Positions 53,064 through 64,000 of a stretch of DNA of 64,000 nt are shown here, piece by piece. The DNA is from Utricularia gibba. Lineage: Eukaryota; Plantae; Magnoliophyta. The notes beneath the pieces were generated by a model, which made no database searches, was not told the origin of the DNA, and was given only the letters and a program-made list of their open reading frames with translations. Every line of letters starts with the position of its first letter. Positions within the stretch are counted from its first letter, which is position 1. A program made the position numbers and the translations under genes. Location: positions 2,232,001 through 2,296,000 of the forward strand of contig NEEC01000018.1 in assembly GCA_002189035.1 (NCBI GenBank). The letters run 5' to 3'.

Positions 53064-56000
53064 ATGGAATCCAAGTCGTGGCTGTATCCCGCACCGGCGT
53101 ATCGACCTCTGGAAAGTTTCTGGGACACGGATGATGACGCGCCTGGCCCGCGTTGCGGCCACACTCTCACTGCTGTGGCCGCCACTAAAACCCACGGACC
53201 CCGTCTAATTCTCTTCGGAGGCGCCACCGCAATAGAAGGAGGCAATGGCGGCGCTCCCGGGATTCGTAATTTTCTCTGGGGATTCTTTGTTGTTTACTTA
53301 TCGAACTACAATATATGAATTCTGTCTCGGTTGCCATTGAAAAAAAAAATGAATTCTTTCTTGGGTAGTTCGTTTATTTCCTTTTTTCTTTTCTTTTTCT
53401 TGTTGAAGGCTTGGCTGGTGTGACGAATTCAGTTCATTCCTACGATGTTCTCACCAGAAAATGGACCAGGTTTGTATTTGCTACTTTAATTTCTGCAATC
53501 ATCTAATTTCTTTTTCCCCCATATTTGTTTTAAATTCGGAAAAATTGGATTTCACTAGACTTCGGCCGGCTGGGGAGCCGCCATCACCTAGGGCTGCGCA
53601 TACTGCTGCTGCAGTAGGCACCATGGTTGTTTTCCAGGTGTTCAGCATATGCCAACTGATATTTTGGATTCTGGATCCCAAATGCATTATGCTAAATTTA
53701 AAGGCTAATCTTTTATCAGGGTGGGATTGGTCCAGCTGGGCATTCAACTGATGATTTGTATGTGCTTGACATGTCGAACAATAAGTTCAAGTGGCACCGG
53801 TGAGCCTGGAAACGGTTATAAGTTGGATTCCCTGTATGTTCAAACTGAATTAGTAATGATTTTGATTTGGTTGTTAATCTCGTGGAACACAGTGTCGTGG
53901 TTCAAGGACAGGGACCGGGACCCAGATATGGCCACGTCATGGACCTGGTTGCTCAGAGATATCTTGTTACAGTTAGTGGCAATGATGGTGAAATGAACAT
54001 TTCTGCCGTTGCCTTTTTAGCCAGCTTGTAGTTTTATCTGAAATAGTTTTGTTTTATTTAACAGGTAGAAGAATGCTGTCAGACGCTTGGGCTTTGGATA
54101 CTGCACAAAAGCCATATGTATGGCAGAGGCTAAATCCTGAGGGCGATAGACCATCTGCTAGAATGTAAGTTTTTTTAATTATTGAAATGTATGCCGTCTG
54201 CAAGCCTTTTAAAATTATATGATACTTGAAACTTCTTCCATATCATGTTTCGCCCTCTGAAATGAATTTCAGACTCTACATTTTTTGTTTATCACGAAGT
54301 ACCACTGAATGTACTTGCTTGAAATTTTCATTTTTTTAATAAATCGTTGAGTGTAGTATTGCATATTGATTATTCCAATGAATTTACCATCTGAGGGGTG
54401 CATCAATATTCTGCTTGATTGCTTCAGGAGTATATAAATAATCCTCATTGCAGGTATGCAACAGGATGTGCCAGATCTGATGGAATGTTTCTGCTTTGTG
54501 GTGGAAGGGATGCTTCAGGAGCAGTATGAATCGTTTGTATTACCTTCTATGCATAGACTTTTACACCGGAGCTAACTTTTGAATCTAGCCAAATGCACAG
54601 TAGTGATGTTCTCGTCTCTCTAACTTAGATACTTGGTGAATATTGTCTATGCAGCCATTGGCAGATGCTTATGGACTGCTTATGCATCGGAGTGGTATGT
54701 GGGAGTGGACCCTTGCACCGGGAGTGTCACCTTCTCCTAGGTATCAGCAAGCTTCGGTAGGTAGAAATTTCGATGTTTTCTGTTTATATCAACTGGATGT
54801 TGCACCAAACATAAAAAAAAAAAAAAAAAGAAGAAACCGCAAAAAGCCACTCCACTTACAATTCTACTCGTAAACATATGTTAAATGTGTCACAAATTCA
54901 ACTAATGCATTCTCACTGGGAATGCACGCCCCCGCTGGAAATTGCGGCCATCTAAGAATGAGACATACTATCCATTGGATACTGGAACTCCACCTCTTAT
55001 TTTTGCAATGCTATATCTTAATCTTTTTTAACTCTGGATCAAATATTTTATTCCTAATAGAAATTTATTTCATCTCCGCCTTACTGTCTGCTAGCCGTAT
55101 TTTTTTCTGAAGAAACGGGCATTTTATATGCTCAACTATATGATGCTTTCCTTCAAACACTGTACAATCTTGAATGTTCACTGCCTCATTTACTATTATG
55201 AAAACGATAATGGCCCAGGTTTTTGTTGGCGCGCGACTGCATGTCACTGGTGGAGTTGTCAGAGGAGGAAGAACCGTGGAATCTGATGCTGCAATTACAG
55301 GTACAAGAATCTCTCAGCTGCATCTTTTTTGAAAACTGGGTTCTCTCTGAATTGTCATGCTGACTGTTTCTATCTCTTTCTATCTTGGAAGTACTGGACA
55401 CTGCAGCTGGAGTTTGGCTTGATAGGAATGGGCTGGTGACAAACAGGGGTAACAAGGGACAGAGTGATGTTGATCCCTCTTCAGAGGCCATGCGTCGGTG
55501 CCGCCATGCAGCTGCATCTGTTGGAATTCGAATATATGTTTATGGTGGCTTAAGGGGAGGTGAAGTTTGAGTTTTTCAATGAAATCATCTTGGTCACTTG
55601 TTTCACCACTCTTTCGTTTGGATGGTGCTGCATGCTTATAGAAAGCATTTTTTTGGATGTGTCCTAGCACTTTCATAAAATTTGGAATTTTTTTGTCTTT
55701 CAGATACTCTGCTAGATGACTTTCTGGTTGCGGATAACTCCCAGTTTCAATCAGAATTCATTCCCCCTGATAGACCTTTAAGTTCTACTATTCCAAGAAT
55801 GGAGAGAGGAGTTTATGTAGCTCCCAGTTGCACATCATCATCTCCAGTTGATGGACTTGAATCACCCTTGTCCGGTTCTCTAGGGTTTGTGATAAAATTC
55901 TCCTCTAATGTCCTTTTCCTTTTTCATCTGATCAGTAGATGTAATAATTATGTAAGCATTTATGTTATGTAGAATGGACAAGAGTTCCATGGAGAAATTG

Positions 56001-56897
56001 GCTAAAGCATCTGCTGCTGAAGCTGAGGTTGCAAATGCCATGTGGCAATCAGTCCAAGGTGCATCAGCCTTTCCTGAAGAGGCCGTAGTATCTGATGGTA
56101 ATTCACAGTCCGTTGAGAGCACTTCAGAGGGAAGTGACAGTGATGCTGATGTTCGTCTTCACCCTAAAGCCGTAAGAGTCCCTCCGCTGCTAGCCCTTAA
56201 AACCGCAAGATTTGTTGGAGGCAAGAGAGCTCATTGTTTTAATATTGTTGCAGGTCGTGGTGGCCAAAGAAACGGTAGGGAACTTAGGTGGTATGTTGAG
56301 ACAGTTAAGCTTGGATCAATTTGATCATGAAAGTAGACGGGTGATACCTTTATCCAATGATCTCTCCAATCCAACTAAGAAGTTTATTAGGCAACCATCC
56401 CCTCAAGGCCTGCATAAAAAGGTTTGTTCCACCATATTCATGTTCTTAATAACAAAATATTACTGTTTCCCATCTTCGTGGTTATCGTATATAACTTTCA
56501 GGTGATATCAACATTGCTGAGGCCTCGGAATTGGAAGCCTCCTGTCAATAGGAAGTTCTTTTTGGACTCTTATGAAATTGGAGAGCTTTGCTACGCCGCA
56601 GAGCAAATTTTTGTGAATGAGCCTACTGTTCTTCAATTGAAAGCTCCTGTGAAGGTGTTCGGAGACCTCCATGGACAGTTTGGTGATTTAATGCGACTAT
56701 TTGATGAATATGGATTTCCTTCCACTGCGGGAGATATAACGTAAGTCAGTTGCTTCTTTACATTGACCATTGATTGTTTCTTATTTTTTGTGCTTCTTTG
56801 ACTTAATGCGCTGTTAATTGTTGCTCAAAGTCATGATAAGTTCTTTTTGAAAAATAAAAAGCAATCTTTACATTCTCCTTTAAGTAAAAGGGGTCTT

Positions 56898-56974
<77 letters not shown>

Positions 56975-58596
56975 TCCTCCTTCCTTCAGTTATATAGGCT
57001 AGTTGCCTGCAATCTTTGCTAATCGTGATTTGGTCATGAGTGCATTGTTTTCCTTCTTTCAGTTATATAGACTATTTGTTTCTTGGGGACTATGTTGATC
57101 GCGGTCAGCACAGCTTGGAAACCATAACCTTGCTTCTTGCTCTCAAGGCATGCCTCTCTGAATCTATATTAATGCTTGTTATCAAAGATTGATATTCTCA
57201 GCCTCTAACTTTTTTGCGGAATTCAGATTGAGTGCCCTGAAAATATTCATCTGATACGTGGAAATCATGAAGCTGCTGATATCAATGCTCTTTTTGGTTT
57301 TCGGATTGAATGCATTGAAAGAATGGTAAACACTATTTTAGGATGCGTGGGTATACAAGCTCAATTACTGAAGATGATTTTCCAATGCTCTGACAGGGTG
57401 AGAGTGATGGTTTGTGGGCATGGACTCGTGTTAACCAGTTGTTTAATTATCTCCCTCTTGCTGCGCTGATTGAGAAAAAAATAATCTGCATGCATGGTGG
57501 GATAGGGAGGTCAATAAATTCAATTGAACAGATAGAGAAGCTTGAGAGGCCCATCACCATGGATGCTGGATCTATAGTGCTTATGGATCTGCTATGGTAT
57601 AGCCATCAACCATTCGATTTTTGAAATAGCTCTTTTTTATTTTCATTACTCTCACACCGTTTTGAACAGGTCGGATCCTACTGAAAATGACAGTGTTCAG
57701 GGTTTGAGGCCTAATCCAAGAGGACCAGGCCTTGTAACATTTGGAGTAAGAATTTATGAATTATAGCATTCTTTTTGTTGCAATCTGACTTGATCTAAGG
57801 ATGCCGATGATACATTTGATATTCTATGCTATGTTGCTGTTTCCTTAATTTAAAGTTTTTTTATCGGCAAATCTTTGAGTTGAATGCTTCATTTTCTTAA
57901 TCACACTTCCTTTGATGGGATGCTTCTATATTGTCTTCTTCATTCCACCCCCAATTTTCTTGTTGACAATATTAACGCTTTTCACAAAAAAATACACGCA
58001 CACACTATGGGGACTCTCTGCACTGTAGCGCAACTTTTTTTGCTATAACATTCTTCTGCAATTGGGTGCAGCCTGATCGTGTCACTGAGTTCTGCAAGAG
58101 GAACAAGCTGCAACTTATCATAAGGGCTCATGAATGTGTTATGGATGGATTTGAACGGTTCGCACAGGGACAATTAATCACCCTTTTCTCCGCAACGAAT
58201 TATTGTGGTATGCATATTACGCTCCTCCTAGTCTTGACATTGTTTTGTTATATACCACATAAATATTTGGTTTGAAATCCATTAGGGACGGCCAACAACG
58301 CTGGGGCCATACTAGTCATTGGGAGAGGTTTAGTTATTGTTCCGAAGTTGATCCATCCCCTGCCACCCCCTGTTCAATCTCCAGAGACATCACCTGAGCG
58401 TGTGGCGGACGAGGCATGGATGCAGGTGAGAAATTCTAACAGAAGGCTTCAGCCACAAATCCTCTCTCCATCCATCCAAATGTTCTCATAGATAGGTGGT
58501 TGTTTTCTTCAGGAACTCAACATCCAGAGACCCCCAACTCCTACACGTGGCCGGCCGCAACCTGAATACGATCGGAATTCACTTGCCTACATATGA
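53064..58596 (+). CDS. BSL1: BSU1-like Kelch-repeat Ser/Thr protein phosphatase
   Basis: [29 protein letters not shown] Kelch repeats; PP1-like domain [45 protein letters not shown]; ends NSLAYI. Confidence 0.96.
56903..56970. repeat. (CT)34 microsatellite in a BSL1 intron
   Basis: Uninterrupted CT run of 68 bp. Confidence 0.97.
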
Positions 58597-60138
58597 ATGA
58601 TGATTGAAATCATCAAGGTGAACAAAAGTATTAGTGGTGTATTTTGCGTAGAGGCGTTGTCAAGGAAGAATACATAGATACATAGGTGAGATAGATCAGC
58701 AAGGCTTTACCAGATCGTGAGCCTCCTTCGGCCTTCATTTCAGTAGCTTCTAGTTAGTTAAGTTCTTAACCCCCCCCCCCCCCCTTTTTTTTTCTCATCT
58801 TATGTATTCAGTGTACACTCGTCTGTCCCACGCAATGCTTCTACATTGCAATACCCCATACCCCTTCATCATTATCTCATGTACTCAAATTGGGTTGATC
58901 TCATTCATTATTGCTCTGTCTTATTCCTCTTTTATGTGTAAACTGTGATCAATGAGGAGTGCACATCAAAGTTTGTGAAACGGGTCCCTATCTCAAGTTC
59001 CCACAGCTCTCTGGTCTGGTCCCCTCCTCTTATCTCACTTTTCAACCAACATGAGGTGCTACTGTGCGAGAGTGGGACTTGGCTACTACAAGGAAAGCCA
59101 GCCAGCCAGCCAGCCTCTCCTTCACCATGAGTCATTCCTGTGCTTGCAAATGCAGACAGACACCATGGTCACTGGTAACCTGCCTGCTCTCCCTCACACC
59201 CAGAACTGCACAGTTCAATGGGGTCCTATAGATTCTTGAATGATGTTATTGTATCACCATTATACATCCCTATCAATGTGATTAGAAAAGATAGGGCAAG
59301 TACGGGCTTGATTCGGGCACCATCATAATGTCCCCATTATGAAAGGGAGAGACCATTGGTCCTCCTTCATTAACTTCTGCGCCTCAGCACAGCCAGCCAC
59401 CCCACCATCTCCTTCACGCACAATGCTCGTCACATTCTTACTTACTCCACTCTTTGACATGGAGCTCCCCCCAGATCTTGAACTAAACCACTCCCCAATC
59501 ACAGAGGCGATCGGGAGCCGCCAGCTGATAAGAGTAGCTTGCTTTTATTCACTAGCGCAGTTTGCATAATTAACCTGCACATGAGCAGCTCACAACCACC
59601 ATGCATTCTCTAGAGGAGAAGCAGCAACCCACGGTAAAAAAACCAGCAAAGGCAGGCAGGCAGTCACCCATTACTGCATACTATTACTGCGGTAATTCAA
59701 AATGGGCTGCTGGCTCTTTATTCCGAGTCTGTCTCGAAATACTATAACTCCAGAATTTTTTTTTTTTTTTGAAGGATTGATTATGTAATATGTTCTGAAT
59801 GGAGTAAAGGTTGTGACTTGGGAGATATTTATAGGTAGTGTCCTAATGAAACATCTGCACGTTGTAATAGCTGATGCTAGAGGATGAATGGGATGAGTAG
59901 TAAATGACTGATACACCCCCACACGGACCTTGATTCCGCCCAACGGAGGTTGGTGACAGGCATTAAATAAATGCCCCTGCGCTGGAGAGAAACCCAAACA
60001 AACGCCTTTGAAATGTGTAGCGTCCCGTCTGTTGGGAACACAGAACAAAATTTGATTCTTGTCTCTAGTGAGTAAAACTGGGCACAAGACTGAGCAACAG
60101 CAGAGACACGCACACGCACACGCCCACACAGGACGGAG

Positions 60139-60753
60139 ATGAGCTGCAAAAGGAAGGTGATCATCAAGGAAACCTTCTCGAGGACCAAGAAAGGCTTCCA
60201 CAAAGCTCTCGGGAGTCTCATGTCCCTAGTTTTTGCGGGGTACCAAAGACTCCCCGGTCCTTGCTCCACTCGCATCTGCCACGGTGGAAGCAAGACGCAG
60301 ACGGTGGATGGGGGGAAATGGGAGTTGGAGGCTATGGAGCCCATCAGCAAGGAGCAGGGCGAAGTGCATTTCACTCCAAGCACGAAGGAGCAGATGAAAG
60401 AAGACCGGAGTGCCGGTGGACTGCAGCAGCCGGAGAAGGCGGTTGCAAGCAGTTATCGGCGGACCGAGTCGCGGTACTTGGCGGCGGAGGCGTTGGCGAG
60501 GAAGATGAAGGAATTGGACATGATGGATGTGGATGACATGGACCATGTACTGGACATAGAAGAGGCTCTGAATTACTACTCCAGGCTCACTTGCCCTGCT
60601 TACCAGCACATCATCGACAAGTTTTTCATGGATATGTACCTGGAGTTCAATGATCCCGAGCCCTCGAAGAGCCTCAGCAGTTCAATGAGGAAAGTTGGAT
60701 CAGGCAGCGTTCACAGTTCGCGGAGGAGTAGCCTCGGCCCCGTGAAGCTCTAG
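60139..60753 (+). CDS. Uncharacterised single-exon plant protein with an OVATE-like C-terminal motif
   Basis: 204-aa ORF with LARKMKELDMMDVDDMDHVLDIEEALNYYSRLTCPAYQHIIDKFFMDMY. The CDS is well supported; the family label is inference. Confidence 0.75.
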   Translation: MSCKRKVIIKETFSRTKKGFHKALGSLMSLVFAGYQRLPGPCSTRICHGGSKTQTVDGGKWELEAMEPISKEQGEVHFTPSTKEQMKEDRSAGGLQQPEKAVASSYRRTESRYLAAEALARKMKELDMMDVDDMDHVLDIEEALNYYSRLTCPAYQHIIDKFFMDMYLEFNDPEPSKSLSSSMRKVGSGSVHSSRRSSLGPVKL

Positions 60754-61853
60754 TGCGGACAGTGGGAGCTGCATTTATGGCTCCCTTTTCCATGTGCATA
60801 TGAATTGATTCGATTCCCTTGAACTGCCTGCAAAGATGCACATCCAGATTGAGTCGGAGAAAATGAAGAGCCATCCCATTCACTGAAATGAAGTCACCCT
60901 GTTAGTTTTTAACTTTTAGTTCCAGACTGTAACTACCTCAAGCATCTCTTTTTACTGTGCCGCAAGGTTAATTTGTATATTATACACAGCATTGCCAACC
61001 GAAACGTGTCCTCCATGTTAGAATCCGTACAGTTGACCCGGACTTGCCCGTACAACCCACAGAAAAGGCCCAGTCCTAAAGGCTCGTAACTGAAAAGCGC
61101 ATAACTTCCAGGCCCATTTCTCTCGGTTTAGGCTTCTAAATTGGGCTTTCCACGTCGTATCCATTGGGCCACATAATTTAGGGCTCGGTTCTCATACTGT
61201 CCTCTCGGGTGTTTTAAATTTCATCTAAATTTTATTAAAGAATTTTCGATTTATTGTAAAATAAAATATTTTAAAATTTTTTCCAAAATGGAGATCTCGA
61301 TTCTTGAATCCAATGAAAAATTCGAATAAAGATTGTTATGGTCTTCTGGATTTAAAAAATACCTAAATAATTCATGTCCACGTAATTCTTAGTGAAATTA
61401 CGCTTTCACCCTGACAACCACGAAAACAAGGCGAAGCTAAGAAACGAGAAACTGACGGTGGAGATGAAGGGCGAGAAATGGACGGCAGAGATGAAACCTG
61501 TGATCTGTTGGGTACGTGTTGGGAGCTTGAGGCCCACACGTGCCACGCCACTGCATTTATTTCTATTCTCCACTCAAAGGAATCTCGCACGGTATCTTCT
61601 TCTTATCTCTCTTTTCTTTTCATCCCTTGCCCCTTCATCTTCCATTTCGATCGCGCCTGCCCTCCTTATCCCTCCCGATATCTAATGCTATCCATGCATC
61701 GCCCTTCGCGTCCGGGCACCCTCTCGCGGCACCCCATTTGATTTGAATCTCACTTTCATTTTGAATCTTGCAGATTAGCAGCTTTCTCTACGCTGCACCC
61801 GTTTCTTTCTTCTTCTTTTTTTGTATGGTTTTCGTCGTTTGGCTTGTCGAGGA

Positions 61854-63653
61854 ATGACGAGGAGGTGTTCGCATTGCAGCCACAATGGTCATAACTCTAG
61901 GACGTGTCCGAATCGGGGTGTGAAGCTTTTTGGTGTTAGATTGACCGATGGGTCGATCAGAAAGAGTGCGAGTATGGGTAATTTGATCCATGTTCACCAA
62001 AGTAGCGCCGTTCTTGAATCTCCTGGAGATACACCGGACCACCCCTCTGCTCGGTCTGGTGCTGTTGAAGGTTACGCTTCTGAAGATTTTGTTGTTGGAT
62101 CGTCTTCCGGCCGCGAGAGAAAAAAAGGTTTGTTCTTTTCTTTTTCCTTAGTTGCCTTCAGTCCCTTTTTATCGAATTTTATTACAAATTTATGGCATTT
62201 GGGTGAAATGGGAAACCAGCTCGACTGATATGCTGAGCATCAAGAAGATGTGTTTATTTATGTGATCATTTGCACGTGCATTTCATTTGGAAGCCGTTTA
62301 TACAATCTCACCAACCTTTTACTGTATTCTCCGTTTGGAGTTCTTCGATCTCTCCGGAGCCTGTTTGATGTTACGTTCTGGATGAAAAGGCATTGTCTTC
62401 ACTCACCGTGCATGTTTCCGCATTATGACTTCCGTTTTGCTGAGTTTGCTCCATAGTGTCGGTAGTTCAAAATGTATACATAATTGGCATTGTGTATGCT
62501 GTTTTCTGGTTGTCTTGCTTTTGATTCTCGAATAGTCTTCGATATCTTTTTCAGGTGTTCCATGGACAGAAGAGGAGCATCGCTTGTTTTTGTTTGGATT
62601 ACGAAAACTTGGTAAAGGTGACTGGAAAGGCATTGCTCAAAATTATGTAGTTTCCAGGACGCCTACGCAGGTTGCTAGCCATGCCCAAAAGTACTTCATT
62701 CGACAGATTAAAGTCACTCGGAGAAAAAGGCGTTCGAGTCTGTTTGATATCATCGTGGATGAAGTAAGCACCTGTTTTTTATTAGCAAGATTCATGTTTA
62801 GATAGACACACTTGCTGTAAACTTGCATAAGCAGCTCCTCGTTACCTGAAAAAGGAAATATTTTTACGGGGTGCTCAATGCGTGTCATGTTTGAAAGTAT
62901 TTCAGCTTCTCCCCCAAGTCGAATTTCGAACTACTTATTCTTATTTTTCTGGGATGAATCTAGCTCGATTAATTTGGCAGCTTGCTCTTTTTTGCTGAAA
63001 TGCCCTCTCCTCTTTCTGATTTCTGAAATGCATTCCCTTTTTACAGTATGTTGTAGTGCTATGCATTTTTTGGAATAATTTTCACTTTACTGTTTAGCAG
63101 AGAGTTAAACTAATCATCTTTTGTCAATTTATATGTAGTTTGTTGATAATCCGGTTCAATCAAGAGACAGAGACTTCTTTTCAGTGAATCCAGATGCCAA
63201 CAAGAACAGCACCCCTCCACCCGTGGCTGTGGAAGAAGAATGTGAATCTATGGAGTCTGCAAACTATAAAAATGCAGAGAGTGCACTCCCCAACCCAAAG
63301 TCCCACAATACTCTCTCCCTATTGTTTATCCTGCTTATGTAGCTCCTGTCTTCCCTTTTCCAATCGGCCCTGTCTCGTTCTGGCCAGTATTTAGTACTGC
63401 AGAGCAGCAGCTTGAGCCCAGGGATGGGCTCGAGAAGGAGGAGGTTCATCAAGTGTTGAAGCCAACAGCTATACATGCAAAGACGACAATCAATGCAGAT
63501 GAGCTTGTCGGAATGTCGAAACTGAGCCTCACTGAATGCGTCCCATCTGCTCCATCCCTCAAACTGATCGATGCATCTGCGAGACCATCAGCATTCCATG
63601 TGAATCCTGGCTCTGGCAGCAGTTCCAGACACAACCCAATTCATGCTGTCTAG
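61854..63653 (+). CDS. CCHC-knuckle / single-repeat SHAQKYF MYB repressor (KUA1/MYBS3/MYB1R1-like); apparent frameshift at 63288-63296
   Basis: [25 protein letters not shown] repression motif, [21 protein letters not shown]...[31 protein letters not shown]...MSKLSL. Confidence 0.93.
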
Positions 63654-64000
63654 CCATACGGTGCTGTGTTAATAGGGCAGAAGCAGCACAACATAGGGAG
63701 GCAACTTTGATCACTAGTGATTATTTCATAACTGCAAGTGTTTTTGCAAATAAGTGTATCGTCTGCTTACAAGTGGAATAACTGAAGACGATGCCAGCCC
63801 CTTAACTTGCATGTTTATTTGGATCCTTTGTCAACAAAAATGAATCATGAATAAACTTATCCTGTAACTTTTCTCTTTTGATCAGCAAAGACGCTTATTC
63901 TGTAACTATTGGATTTTAAAACGTTTGCTTGTTCATTCTGCATGACGACTAAATCCACCACAACCCATCTCCAGAAAAGTGAAAGCAGCCAAGGTTGTAA

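Noticed and set aside
54800-54960. A-rich tract and small GCATTC/GAATGC hairpin in a BSL1 intron (possible retro-insert or snoRNA)
   Set aside because: No target-site duplication, Pol III boxes, or C/D or H/ACA boxes found.

Overview
Plant (angiosperm, probably eudicot) nuclear DNA with very high gene density. I reconstructed 26 spliced protein-coding genes by hand in 64 kb (about one per 2.5 kb; many introns of 70-100 nt), and most short entries in the ORF track are antisense or intron read-through artefacts. In order: alpha-COP (5' part), BBX20/21-like, C2H2 plus ADP-ribosyltransferase-like protein, DNL zinc finger, CCT2, CTU1, small membrane protein, PLA1-II lipase, SMAP, CTPA2, SUVH2/9, small PPR, LEA, RPL8, FPGS, SIS-like, UTr5-like transporter, unknown plant protein, patatin PLP9, cyclin U/P, SCY2, Tas-like aldo-keto reductase, HAD hydrolase, BSL1, OVATE-like protein and KUA1/MYB1R-like factor. 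I found no transposon, tRNA, rRNA, recognisable miRNA or CRISPR feature. Nine apparent 1-bp deletions, all placeable in G/C runs, break 8 otherwise intact genes, which is most likely assembly error. Other notable points: a clear U12 AT-AC intron in CTU1, three GC-AG introns, a perfect 75-bp promoter duplication at the LEA gene, a signal-peptide-like upstream exon on the reductase, and two unexplained stretches (about 2.9-4.2 kb and 26.85-27.65 kb). I see no clearly novel multi-gene system. The best lead is the uncharacterised C2H2-ART-fold protein. CDS coordinates span introns, and family names come from recalled motif similarity, not database searches.
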